From: Camelus ferus
Taxonomy: Eukaryota
Length of the DNA: 64,000 nt
Direction of reading: 5' to 3'
Assembly (NCBI RefSeq): GCF_009834535.1
Contig: NC_045697.1
Location: forward strand, 56,298,001 to 56,362,000
Shown: piece after piece, positions 27,801 to 40,400 of the stretch
How positions within the stretch are numbered: the stretch's first letter is position 1
Layout: every line of letters begins with the position of its first letter
Made by a program: the position numbers and the translations under genes
The notes under the pieces: model-generated
What the model was told of the DNA's origin: nothing
What the model saw: the letters and a program-made list of their open reading frames with translations, nothing else
The model's database searches: none

Positions 27801-29136
27801 TAAGGCTTGTTTTAATGATGCTTGGGGGGCTTCCAGAACTTAATTTTAGATGTTAATATGACATGCAGCCGTATATGTTATAGAACTCTAGAGATGCCCG
27901 TAGTCAAAAATAACTCCTTTCTATTGCCCTCCTGACTCTCACCGTGGGTATTAAAATGTTAATCGCTCCTCACCAAGGTGTTCCCAAATCATTTTTTAGA
28001 TGAGAACCAAAGTTTATTTCCATTTTCATATGAGGAATTTGCATGCAATTTAAATATCCATGAGGCTTATTTAATGATAAAGACTGAGGATAAAAGTTGG
28101 AAAGCTTAATTTTTTTTTGAAGGTAGGAGAGTTGAAGGTGGAATGGATGTTTGTTTTCTAATGTAAACTGCAAGAACGTGTATACTTTTTATGTCTCTTT
28201 AGAATTCCTCTAACAAAATTTTTCGTCAGTATTATTTAAATAACATCAGTCTCAGGATGATTTCACACAATTGTATTTAGAACATTGGTTTAAAAAATAT
28301 CAATAACTTTTCTCTAGAGGCACATACATTAAAGATTGAAAGAATAATGTAACACCTGAAAAAATATGAGCAATGTATTAAAATAACTTAAGTGTCAGCT
28401 TGAATAGGCCAACTATTATTTCAGTATAATTTTATGAATTTGTTTTTTCTTTCCATTTCACTGTGGTGAGGTGATTCAAGATGTCTTAAGGGCTCTTAAA
28501 TGACAAATGCATGTATGTGTTATGAATAAAATTTGAAAAGCCACCAGATCCCCATTGTGTAATTTCCTCACCACAAAACACTGTATGTATTAAGTATATT
28601 ACTTCAAGTTCACTCAAGTTTTACTAGTTGTACTTTACTAATAAATTGCCAGTTCTTTAACATGATAAAATTAAGATAATGATACATTTTTTTAATTGTA
28701 CAAGGGAAAGTTATGTTATCTGTTTTGTATTATATATGTAATTATACAGTAGGAAAGATAGAGAATAAAATAAGTTTCATTTTTATATCAAAATATACAC
28801 ATAGTTAAGAAACATTCTACAATATTAAACCAAGGAGCAGTCCTCAGGCGCATGTCAACTGGCCGTTTCATTTACAACATATAGTAGTATATAGTCTATC
28901 TGACATTTTGGCTGTATTTTCTTTATGCAGAAATAGATGGAATTTTGTTTTTAAGAAACTCAATTTTGTTATAAGAGTTTGTGAAGAATAAATTCACTTC
29001 CTTAGAGTTTCACTATAAATTTAAATATTTTTATTTTAGTGTTGTGGTAATGTTATACAGTTAATCATGTGCTTTAGTATTCATCGGTGTATTCCACCTC
29101 GAAACACTTGTCATTGTGTAGACTCAATCAAAATAT

Positions 29137-30650
29137 CATTCACTCATTCATTTATTCATTCATCAATGTGACAAATATTTTTGGTGCCAACCCTGAGGCA
29201 GGCGCTAGGTCACTTCAGAAATTTATAGATGAATGCTAATTGCTGCCATTCAGGAAACTGGCAATAATAGTAAGAGAGCCAAAAGGCATTCTCAAATGAC
29301 TATGTTGCTTTGTAGAATGAGAATCACTCCACGAGAGGGATACAGAAAGCTACTGGGTCCAAAGAGGGGAAGATTGCATTAAGCTAGGGTATTAGGGGAA
29401 AAAAAAGTGAAGAAAGCAAAAATTGAGCTGGACTTTGATCATTGGAAATTTTTAGGAAGAGCATCCTAGGTCAGGAACCAGTGTATGTGAAGGTATGGAA
29501 GCACAGAGAGCTGCCTTAGAGATGATGTAGAAAATGTGCATTAGGGCCACATTTAGGAAACTTTACCTTCTAATTTTATTGAAGATTTTGCAGGAAAGTG
29601 CTAACACTATAAAAATACCTAATTTATGGTAATTTGGCAACAGCCACATCTAGTAGAATTTAGGAAAGCAGTTACAGAATGCAGAGGCATCGTTTGAGGC
29701 ACTGATAGTAATCCAAATGAAAAATAGCGAAGTCTTAATTGAAAATGTAGAGCCAATGAAATGAAAGAGATGGATCAAAAGACATTTATGTTATATAATG
29801 CTTGTGCTTTGGCAACTAATTTGTTGTGAGGTACACAAGAGTAGGCTTTGATCTTAAGGTACCAAAGCCACGGAAGTGTTATTAACGGAGAAGAAGGCAG
29901 CAGATCAAGATTGAAAGTAAAAAGGAAGATACTGTTTTCTTTTTCAGATCTATTGAGTCTGAATGCCAGTGAATATCCCTATAAAGTAAATCTATTAAGA
30001 ATAAGAATATAACTCTCAAAAGAATTAAACCAAGAGGACAGAGGTATTAATTAAATTGATAGAAATGGACATATTGACAGGAGAGAACCAGAGAAGTTGG
30101 TACAGAGGACCTATAAAAACATTCACAGAAATGAAAAGAGGAGTAAGAAGCATCAGAAAGTAGTTACGGACTTCAGTCCCTCGTGAATGATTAAAAATCA
30201 AGAAGTCACTGGATTTAGCAATGAGTATGTCATCAGTGAATATTAGAGGGGCAGATGTTTATAAATCATTAAGAGCAGGTAAAAAGGACTTGCACATTAG
30301 GAAGTAGTTGAAGAAGACAGGAGAGATGAAGATTTGGAGAGTGGAGCAAGAGGGTGGCAGGTCTTGGTGAACTTGATAGTGATCTCTGAGCGGATGTGAG
30401 TGGGAAACAGCCAGTGGAGAAACTAAAGACTCCAAAACAAGAGAAGGAAAATAAAATGAAATGATAGCGTGACGGGCTGAAAGGAGTAGACTATTGAATC
30501 AGGGACCTAATTGGGACAGTTCATCCTGAAAAAAGGCAGGGGCCTCTGAGGTGACAAAAAAAAAAGACCAAGAGGAAGGGAACAGAGTAATGTCTGTGTG
30601 GTCTATGGGGAAGAAAAGTTTAAAAATAGGGTTGGATAGCTGCAGACTTC
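29137..30650 (-). mobile_element. Large degenerate L2 fragment(s)
   Basis: Begins with the antisense L2 tail cattcactcattcatttattcattca, followed by purine-rich L2-like sequence. Right boundary uncertain. Confidence 0.6.
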
Positions 30651-30770
30651 TCAGTGAAATCTGGGCAAGAGTGAGGGATACTGGCTGAAGAAATAGAATT
30701 CATCCAAAAGAGTACTGGTGTTATTTCATCCAACTGGTGTGAAAATCACTTAAGTTTGCCATCATTTCAG

Positions 30771-30845
30771 TTGTGTTACGTGCTTCTGGGCTCCATGTGC
30801 TTCACCGCTTGGAGCTGTGGCTAATTGTAGCTTACTCTGTTCCAG
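30771..30845 (+). CDS. EPHA5: Putative alternative 3' splice-site extension of exon 10 (25 codons, (S)[24 protein letters not shown](R))
   Basis: Acceptor-like atcatttcag 75 nt upstream of the main acceptor. No stop codon, frame preserved, and the peptide resembles exon 9. Usage cannot be shown from the sequence alone. Confidence 0.5.
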
Positions 30846-30913
30846 GCGGTGTGGTTACAGCAAAGCAAAACAAGATCCAGAAGAGGAAAAGATGCATTTT
30901 CATAATGGGCACA
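30846..30913 (+). CDS. EPHA5: EPHA5 exon ~10, juxtamembrane [22 protein letters not shown]
   Basis: Acceptor ctctgttccag, donor A|GTAAGC. 68 nt, phase 2-1, translated by hand. Confidence 0.97.
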
Positions 30914-31819
30914 GTAAGCAAACTGTAAAAAATCAAACTAAAACCAAGTAGGGGATACTTTATTGTTGTTTTGGCTCCTTTTCAGACAAGAAATTTACAA
31001 TAACTGACCGAAAATATTGTGTTCAAAAATATGTTTTGTTATATTTCTCTAAAGCACATGGGCTTGGGGCATTGCCGACTGACCCTAGGCAACGATTGGA
31101 TGGTTTGTTCACTTCTTTAAAGCATACTTTCATTATAATCATTAAAATAAAACCTTTTTGCTTAATATAAAAAGCTATAATATTGCAAACCAAATTTCCA
31201 GACCAGTTCTAATTCTTAACAACAGTCAGTAGAAATATATCATTAAATAATACCACCAGATTAAATGAATCAATTGTTTCTTCTTTTTCTAGCATTTGGC
31301 AGAAATTTCCCTGAGCAGATCCTGTAGCAGCAACCTTGGTTCAAATGACTTGAAAAAAAACTACACTTTTAAGAAATGCAGAATATCAATTTTAATAATG
31401 AGCTTTAAAAACTAGCTTAAATGGGTTCTAATTAATGGTATTTCAACATGTTCATTTTTTCATAAATAGTATGGTGTGAGTTGATTTGCCAAGTAAATGA
31501 CAGAAAGAGGTTTTTTTTTTTGTCACTTTGCCATGACCATGAAAGTCAAAATCATTAAACCTATAATTCATGTGGCAGTGAATTTTTTAGTTCATTTTCA
31601 TAGCCCTATCTTATTTAATGTTATTTATCCTCAAAAAACACTGTGAGGGTAATATCAGTTGCCATTAAAATGTGATGAAACTGAAGCTCATAGAACCTTA
31701 GAGTCTTGTATAAGGCCCTGCAGCAACAGGAAGAGAGAACTTTTCTTTTCCTTTCGAGTTCTATGTCAGTCTTACAGGAACAAAGCACCAGAAAAGTTAC
31801 TTTAAATTATTTTTTGTAA

Positions 31820-31960
31820 GGGTTATAGGATATAGCTCAGTGGTGGAATGCATGCTTAGCATGCACGAGGTCCTGGGTTCAATCCCCAGTATGTCCATTA
31901 AATAAATAAATAAACGTAATTACCTACCCTTCCAAAAAACCAAACAAAGATTAAAAAGAC
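31820..31960 (+). mobile_element. tRNA-derived SINE (camelid vic-1-like)
   Basis: TATAGCTCAGTGGT...GCATGCACGAGGTCCTGGGTTCAATCCCCAGT plus A-rich tail. Perfect 12-bp TSD tattttttgtaa (31808-31819, 31961-31972). Homologous to the copy at 8348. Confidence 0.9.
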
Positions 31961-32366
31961 TATTTTTTGTAAAACCTAAATTAATCATCTGTGATATTTT
32001 AAGTAAAACATGGGAAACAAACCAGCAACTATATGAACGAATATCATTTCATTGCCCAGTTTAATAAACAAAAGTGTCTTAGTTTGTCTGAGACTGACTC
32101 CTTGAACATTATTGTTGAAAGATGTATTTACTCAAATATGTCGGCCCATATGCACTTCTTGTGCATGCCAATAATCCAGATTTCTAACATTATAAAAGTG
32201 AGATAGCTGGACAAATGACTCCTGTAACTCAGAAGAGGGTCTGTCTTTGCAGCTCTACCACTTCTAGGAATTAGGGATTTAGGCCACAGTTGCGCATTAA
32301 TAAACGTTTATAATTTCACTCATCCATCACAAGCACTTCTATTTTAATGCCCATTTACTTTTACAG

Positions 32367-32492
32367 TTAAACTGCCAGGAGTAAGAACTTATATTGATCC
32401 ACATACCTATGAGGATCCCAACCAAGCTGTTCATGAATTTGCCAAGGAGATAGAAGCTTCATGCATCACCATTGAAAGAGTCATTGGAGCAG
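32367..32492 (+). CDS. EPHA5: EPHA5 exon ~11, (I)[41 protein letters not shown]
   Basis: Acceptor tttacttttacag, donor G|GTAGGA. 126 nt, phase 1-1. Contains the Eph juxtamembrane autophosphorylation motif TYIDPxTYEDP. Confidence 0.98.
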
Positions 32493-33185
32493 GTAGGACA
32501 GTGTGTTGAACTCTGACTTTTAACCTGAGTTTAGATTATAGAACATAATGTGTCAGTGTCCTAACCTAATGCAGAATATTTTTAATCTTTTGTAACTGAC
32601 TTGCTTTCAAAGTGTTATATAATTGATCATATTTTAATGCTACCTTCTGTGTAGCTCATACTTAAACCAGCAAATGTCTGGTTTATGAAGTAATAAACCA
32701 AAAAAAAATGTATATTCAAACATAGTGTTTCACATCTATTGTTTATTATATTTCATATATATGTTTATAATTTGTATTGCCCAAAAGTATTTACGAAATT
32801 CAAGCTCCCAGTTCTATTTATGAATCATCTCTTCCCCTTAAGACTGTTTTCTTTTTGTACTTTTTTTTTCTCTTCTCAATGTCACTGCTAGAGTAGAAAG
32901 AAAAGGAAGAAAGTGATTTTCAGTTGCTTTTAATTTCTTTCTGATGTTTCCGTTAAGATTTCCGTAGGTGACATGGATGAAACTAATAACCCTCAACGTG
33001 TTTTATGATCACCTGTAGATGATTTTTCCCAATGCACCATTAATTTCTACTAACACTGATAAGAAAGTTTGGACCCCCCTTTAACTCTGTTTTGTCTAAA
33101 CCTTAGTGTTCTAAGAGAACTTCAGAGTGTTATTAGAATAAAGGTTTGTGATGAGTTTATGTGTTTTTAACATCTTTATCACAAG

Positions 33186-33371
33186 GTGAATTTGGTGAAG
33201 TTTGCAGTGGACGTTTGAAACTTCCAGGAAAAAGAGAATTACCTGTGGCGATTAAAACTCTTAAAGTAGGCTATACTGAAAAGCAACGCAGAGATTTCCT
33301 GGGTGAAGCAAGTATCATGGGGCAGTTTGACCATCCTAACATCATTCACTTAGAAGGTGTTGTGACCAAAA
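33186..33371 (+). CDS. EPHA5: EPHA5 exon ~12, kinase N-lobe (Gly-rich loop, VAIK lysine, alphaC)
   Basis: Encodes [27 protein letters not shown]...[11 protein letters not shown] acceptor, donor A|GTAAGT. 186 nt, phase 1-1. Confidence 0.98.
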
Positions 33372-35479
33372 GTAAGTACAATGGCTAATTATGCATGTGT
33401 GTGTGATCATAAATACCTGAATTTCTTCTATTAGGTTATTATTAATTTCATGATGAATATAGAGAGAGAAAACTGGCCATAATAATTCCATTAATGATTT
33501 CTCTAATATTAATAATAATTTTCCTGTGTTTTAGCAGACTCTTGTCGAAGCTGATCTTCAATGAACCTGAATTTCTATTTATTTTTTTTAAACCTTTGTG
33601 TTAAATCACTTACTGTGAATTCAGCACCAGAGAAAGTGTACCCAGATAAAAGAAACAGTAAAAGTATCCTTTTTTTTTTTTTCTCCTGGCTCTTTCACTT
33701 TTTATCCTAATGAAATATTAACTTCAAAGTTGTGATTGAGGCATTGAAGTTTAATGTTTAATAGGATTACTGCCACCGTAGGTGCCCGCCACCTTTTAAG
33801 CCATTCTTTACAGCCAGATGTATTTCTTTTATTCACCTTTTTCATTGAGATATTTCAATAGTTCTAGGGAAAGTGACAGCCTCAGAAGATGGGGAAAGTT
33901 CCTTGAGACTAGTTATTTTGTTAAGCAAATCCTATTTTTACTCAGAAATATCTAGAATTTCACACCTCTTTTAAATTCTTGTTAGTGTCTTGTAAATGCG
34001 GTTATGCGTTGAGCTTGCCAGTATAAGGATTTCAAATAATTTTTCAGTCATCCTATAAGGTAGTTATGAGACACATAACTGAGACTTTTATTTTCTTTTA
34101 ATCCGTTTTTTTCTTGGCCATTCCTATGTGTTCTGGTCCCTTCCTTTATCCCTCATATCTTACACACTACTTTGTAAAACCATCTGAAACATTTGGTAAG
34201 GAACACTGTTTACTTTCTTTCAAGCATTGGTTCAGATTCCATTTGCTATTAATCAAGTTTTAAATTATATATGCCAAATATGTGTAGGAGCAATGTAATA
34301 TTCAATAACTGTTCTCAACCTACTAAGTAATTTCAGTTCATTGGCTATCCATTTATGCCCTTCTGATTTTAAATATGGAAAACTAAACACAAACAACAGC
34401 AACAATAAAAACACAACCTTTTCTACAATAAAAAGGAGCAAAAGAAACAAACAAAAAAATTTACCTGGTTTATTACCACTTAATTCCAAAATCATGATTC
34501 ATTCGCAGTAGGTCACAGATGAGAACACAGAGCCTCTCACAAGTCCTAGAAAAGATAGTGGCTAAACATATCATGTTGATGATTGGCAGAACTTCTGAAT
34601 CAGCCTCTATTGCTGGGAGATTGTTTTTCTCCATGTCTCAAAGAGATACACGTCTCCAGCAAGAATGCCCATAGAGGAAGGTAACATAGGAATAAAATTA
34701 CTTGCAGTCATGTGGGTTTCTTTAAAACTTAAATATGCTTCTTTCCCCTAGCTGAGTACATGCCCACGCATTATTTCCTCCTTGAAGGCTACCTGAAGAC
34801 AGGATTGTTGGAGCAAAAAGGGCATTCTGAGGTCTAATCAGAACAAATAAGTTCCTAAAAAATGATGGAAGCCAGGGACATAAGGCAGATGAGGGACAAA
34901 GAAAAAATATGTATTTTTGAAGGAATAAAATAAATTAAAATATTTTGCAAAAATCATGCCCTATGATGAATGAGGCAGAATATTCTAAATAAGATGATGT
35001 GAGGGGGATGATTACAGGTAAAATAAAATGAAATCAGAATTTTTTAAAAAGAATTTAAAAAAAGAAATCAAAATTTGAACATGACTATAATCCATCTGAG
35101 GGGAAGGACCTTGAAAGGACATCAGTGGTAGTACATGGGGCTGGATACTGTAGAAACAAGAATTACAACAACAGCGGTGGAGTGAAATGATTTCCTATGT
35201 GGGCAGGGTAGTATCTACTAGAAAGCATAGTTCTTCACGATAGTCATAGTAATAGAAGTATGTAAAATATTTTGATAAATTTCATGTCTTCATTTAATCC
35301 TTAATATGACTTCTAAATTTAACTTCTTCAAATAAACTCTGACCATGACTTCCTATGACCCAGGGTATATGTAAAACCCCATATGCAGCCAGTCTACCCT
35401 GTAATGAGTTAAGCTATAATGTGTAGAACAGCGCCAGATCACTGTTACTATCACAGAAGACAGTCCCTACAGAATAGTC

Positions 35480-35700
35480 AGAAAAGTGGGCTATGGATCT
35501 AGCCACGGATTTTTATTTTGCTTCTGCAATACACTACTATGTGACTGTGTAAGTTAGTTATACATTCAAACCCTTACTTTCCTCATCAATGACGTGGGGT
35601 AAGAATACTTCATAGTGATGTGAAGGTGATATGAATTAACACAGGTCGAGTTTAGGATGAGCATGACACAGAGTAGCTACTTAATAAATGCATGATTATT
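35480..35700 (+). mobile_element. MIR SINE
   Basis: ctactatgtgactgtgtaagttagtta...tttcctcatcaatgacgtggggtaagaatac...tacttaataaatg. Confidence 0.65.
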
Positions 35701-37859
35701 TCTTTTCCATGTCTCTCTCTTCCAGTGCTCTGAACTCCTCCATAGCCATTTCATTCCGAATCTATTTTAATTGATATTGTGCCCTGCCTACGTTGCCTCT
35801 TTCTTTGAAATTTCAATCTTTGTACTCACTACTTTTTCGTTTCCTTCGGAACCCTATTCAAATTTCATCACCTCCACGAAACAATCCACCATCACTTAAC
35901 CCTGAAATAATCACTCCTTCTTGTGAACACTGTGGCTGTATAAGGATTTTTGCAACTGCCTGTAATGTTCCTTCATTTGTCCAAAATTTTTACTCAACCC
36001 TTTCATTTAATTTTGTCTCCTTTGAATGTATTTTTTAGCTCCCTAGCCAAAATAGTCTGCTCCTGAAGAAACAGATAATGTCCTAAATATTTATGCAAAC
36101 CCATTACACCTAAACCTAAACCAATCCATGGTCACTTTAGTTAAACACTTTGAGCCTCAGTGTCACACAAAAAGAAAAAAAATCATATGTACCTTATAAA
36201 ATTTTTATGCAGACTAAATAAAGATGTATTTGTGAACAAAACTGCAGGTAATTAGAGCAGTGAATAAGTATTTATTTTAATCTGTTTAAGTGAATGCATC
36301 AGATATTAGTAGACAAGACTGCCAAATTATTAGAACTAATATTCACCTACTTTTTTAGACCCCTAATTTATTACAAAACTTGTTTTATGTGCATGGGTTC
36401 TGACTGAGGCAGCATAAGACAACTGAACTTCTCATCGTAAGACAACTAAATTTGGCATATACCATGTTATATGCACTTGAAATCTTTATTTTTAGAAGCA
36501 AATGTCATTAGCAACAAATGATCATATTTAAATTCTGTAAAGTATAATCTAAAAACCAGTCCTGTGATTGGAAATACAGATTTAAAATTTCCAATCTCCT
36601 AATCACATATGCTGTTTGATGTTGCTCCATGAAGCTACCCATACATGTAAAGCAAAATGTAAATATTTAAAATATTTCTTTGTCTTATTTTTTTGTTCCA
36701 GGTGACTTGAAACTGTATTTCCCCTTAATAAATGAAGCTCTTGCTGTTCAACCTAGGAAGTCTTCAACTTGTTTTTAATTTACCATGTTGCAACTCACTT
36801 TATTTGTGTCCTTAATTTCATGCTCTCTGATCTGATGCTAATTTATTCAACAATTATTCTCAACCTGCAGCACACAGATAATGAGACATAAGTGCAACTA
36901 AATCTTGTGATTTTTTTCTGATTGAAGCTAAGGTGGGGAGTTTGAAGTAGCACTCCTATGGGCAGTGTCATGATGAACCGTTCTCTTTCCTGTGTCACTC
37001 GCCCTACATGCCCAAAACATGGGCCCTCATTCAGATTCCTTCTGTGATTTGCTGTTAAACGGGACACATCATAAATAGGTATATATTCTAGAGAGGCCTT
37101 GTGACAAATGATGTAAAAGACCCACAGGTCCTGGCTTCATTGACTCATTCGCCATGCAAGATGCTTTAATGTCACATACACAGTGCCAGCTTTAACTATT
37201 TAAATAGATTCAGGAATAAAATTTAAAAGGGGGGAAAATTATTATTTTCCCACTGCAGCATCCTTAGTTCTTTAAGATTTATTTTTTTCCCACCCATGGA
37301 AATATTATCAAAATTGACTGAAGGAATATTTCTATGGAGTCTTAAAATTATTTGTAGTTATATTGCTTAATCTAGGATCATGTACAAAGAAACTTAGTTC
37401 TCCTGTAAAATTAATAAATTTAAACAAAATATTAGAGAAAAATTAAAAGAATATCTCCCTATTTTTCTATGTCTGAGGAGATAACACATTCAATGATAAC
37501 TGATTATTTAAATTGTCAGACAACTCTGACTTCTTATGTAAACTTGTGATTATCTTTCAACTATTGTATTTCATCCTATCTTACAAAGTCAAATTTTATT
37601 TTACAGGCTCTTATTATATATTACCCGGGGCTAATCCAACAATCCTCAAACTAGTCCACGCATTTTGGTATTTTCCCACATTAGTCCATTCCATACATTT
37701 TACTCAATCACTCTTCTTTCCTGTCTCATCATCAAACAAACAAACAAATCAAGCAAAATACATACACTTTGATACTTTACCTGATACAATTTGGCCATAT
37801 CTCCATATTACACTATTTCCTTTCCAGAAAGCTCTACCTAGTTCTTATGCTGTCCCTTG

Positions 37860-38360
37860 GAGATACTTCATTCAGCCCTAGAATGTCCTCCCCACTTTCC
37901 TCAGCTCCATTTGACCTTCAAGTTTAATTCACATGTGACCTTGTCCATGAGATCAGTGTCATTTATCTGCATTTTTCCTCTGTCCTCAGTGTCTGCCTGG
38001 CATAGAGTAGACCGCTCAGTAATGTTGAATAGCTGAGTCAAAGAAAGGGTCCCAATTATACATTAGAATACAAACTTCAAAGAGCAGAGGTTTCTGTTTT
38101 GTTTTGCTCACCTGTGTGTTTCTAGTTCAGTACTCGGCATGTGTAGCGTTTCATGTATTTGTTGAATGAATGAATTCTCAGCCAGAGACAACGTTATAAA
38201 CTCTAGTGACATTTCTCTGCACTTTGTCATGTGGTCCATTGTATCACAGTTATCTCTCTACATGGTTTATCATCCTTACTACATGATGAGCTTCTTAAAA
38301 TGGATATTTGTTCATAGCACCCCTAGTGTCTATCACAGCGCCAGACACATTAGGTAATTA
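37860..38360 (+). mobile_element. Cluster of L2 3'-end fragments
   Basis: tgcctggcatagagtagaccgctcagtaatgttgaat and gtatttgttgaatgaatgaat tails. Confidence 0.6.
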
Positions 38361-38391
38361 AAAAAGAATTTTTTTTAAGATATGAATGATA

Positions 38392-38908
38392 CTTTTTTTC
38401 TCTTTATGGCTTACTTCACTTAGAATGACAATCTCCAGGTCCATCTGTATTGCTGCAAATGGCATTATTTTACTCTTTTTTATGGCTGAGTAGTATTCCA
38501 TGTGGAATCTTAAAAATAAAAAGACAAATGAACTTATTTACAAAACAGAAACAGACTCAGACATAGAAAACAAACTTATGGTTACCAGGGGGGAAAGGAG
38601 GTGGGAAGGGATAAATTGGGAGTTCAAGATTTGCAGAAACTTAACAATATATATAAAATAAATAAACAACAAGTTTATACTGTATAACACAGGGAACTGT
38701 ATTCAATATCTTGTAGTAACCTATAATGAAAAAGACTATGAAAACAAATATATGTATGTATATGTATGACTGAACCATTATGCTGTATACCAGAAATTGA
38801 CAAAGCATTGTGGACTGACTACACTTCAGTTAAAAAAACAAATAAATAAAAACAAAAAATAGCAATTTGGTTCAAGAAAAATAAAATAATTCTCAACATT
38901 GCAGTTAA
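38392..38908 (+). mobile_element. 5'-truncated, 5'-inverted L1 insertion with TSD
   Basis: Antisense L1 segment at 38392-38500 joined to a sense L1 3' end at 38501-38860. Perfect 15-bp TSD aagatatgaatgata (38377-38391, 38909-38923) at a TTTTTT/AAGA endonuclease-like site. Confidence 0.9.
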
Positions 38909-39129
38909 AAGATATGAATGATATTAAATGAGTCAATGACTAAATTGCAGGGAAGGTAAACATTTAAACTGAGTTAGAGTGATATATAGCTTATATTTTA
39001 ATTTAAACAACTTTATTCTATAAAACCATGGGTGAATTAGAAAAAAAATAAAATTCATATGAAAGAAATTGCATGAGGATCTTTTCACAGGATCTCGCAT
39101 ATAAATATAACAGTTATAACTACTACTAC

Positions 39130-39360
39130 TCATTAAGATTACTTTAAGGATATACTAAGTCAATGCACTTTATGTATTATCTCCTTTAATCTGCACAATA
39201 ATGCAATCCTGTAGACACTAGTATTTGTTCTTATTTTACTGGTGGGAAAAATGAACCTTAAAGAGGTTGAATACCTTATCCAATATCATAAAACTAGCAC
39301 AGAATAATGCCAGATTTACAAAGTTCTGTATGATTCCAAAACCAAGTCTCTTAAGCAGTA
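39130..39360 (-). mobile_element. MIR SINE
   Basis: gcactttatgtattatctcctttaatctgcacaataa...cttattttactggtgggaaaaatgaaccttaaagaggttgaataccttatccaa. Confidence 0.65.
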
Positions 39361-39409
39361 TAGATTACCAACCTCATATTGCACTATTCAGTATATACTT
39401 GACAAGAAA

Positions 39410-40400
39410 CATTTATTTATTAAAAAGGTATTAATTGATCACCTAGTACATGTCTATCTGTATTAATCAATGGGATACAGTAGAGGTTAAACAAACTGAG
39501 TTCGTGCCTTTATGGAGCTTACCTTTGTGTTGGAGAGGCAGAAACTAATTGAACAAATATATTTACAATATATTAAATGAAAAAAAGTAAAGTCAAGTTA
39601 GGAGATTAAGGATTGCTTCCATTGAGGGTTGGTGGTTTCTATTTTATTTAGAGAAAGACCTCTCTGATAAGGCTTGAATAAAGTGAAGGTGTGGGCCTTA
39701 CAGACATCTGGGGGCAGTGTGTTGTAGAAAGAAAGATCTGCAAGGCGCGAATAGAACTTACATAGAACGTTCAAGAAACAGCAAGAAGATCATTGTTGCT
39801 TCAATGGAATGAATGAGAGGAGTCTGGTGAGAGTTTAACTTGAAGCTGTAGTACAAGGTTAGGTACAGTGTGAACTCTCTGGTCCCTATGAAGACCCCCT
39901 CTTAATCTGAGCTTTGGAGCCAAGATGTGACAGAATCTTGTTTCTGCGTTAACAGGATCAGTAAGGCCTCTGTGTTGAGTACAGATGGTAGGAGCCAGTG
40001 TTTAAATGGGAAGACAGTGAGAAGACTACTGTCACTGTTCACACCTCATTGTGGATTAGATCAGGGTAGTACTCTAACAAGATGAAGAGTAGTAGTTTAA
40101 TTCTGTAGATATTTTGGAGGCAATCACAGTACAGCTTCTTGTGGATTAGCTGTGGAATGTGAGAAAGAGAGAGGAGTCAATGATAATTATAAATTATTTG
40201 TCCTGAGTACCTTGAAGAAAGGAATTGCCATTTATGGGGAAAGATTAGGAGGAGCAAGACTGGTTGGTAATCAGTAGTTCCTCTGGGGACAAGTTGGTAA
40301 GCAGTAGTTCTGCTGGGGACAGGTTACATCTGTAAGCCTGTAAGTGTCCAACTGCAGACACTGTCTATAAAATTGGATTCTGAGAAGTATGAATGAAAAC
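39410..40400 (-). mobile_element. L2 fragment (~1 kb)
   Basis: gtgcctttatggagcttac, agaaacagcaagaag, gatattttggagg and gagaaagagaggagtcaatgataat are L2 antisense motifs in the expected order. Confidence 0.7.

Noticed and set aside
37513..37881. 122-aa ORF, the longest in the track
   Set aside because: Non-ATG start, composition typical of AT-rich noncoding DNA, and no recognisable homology.
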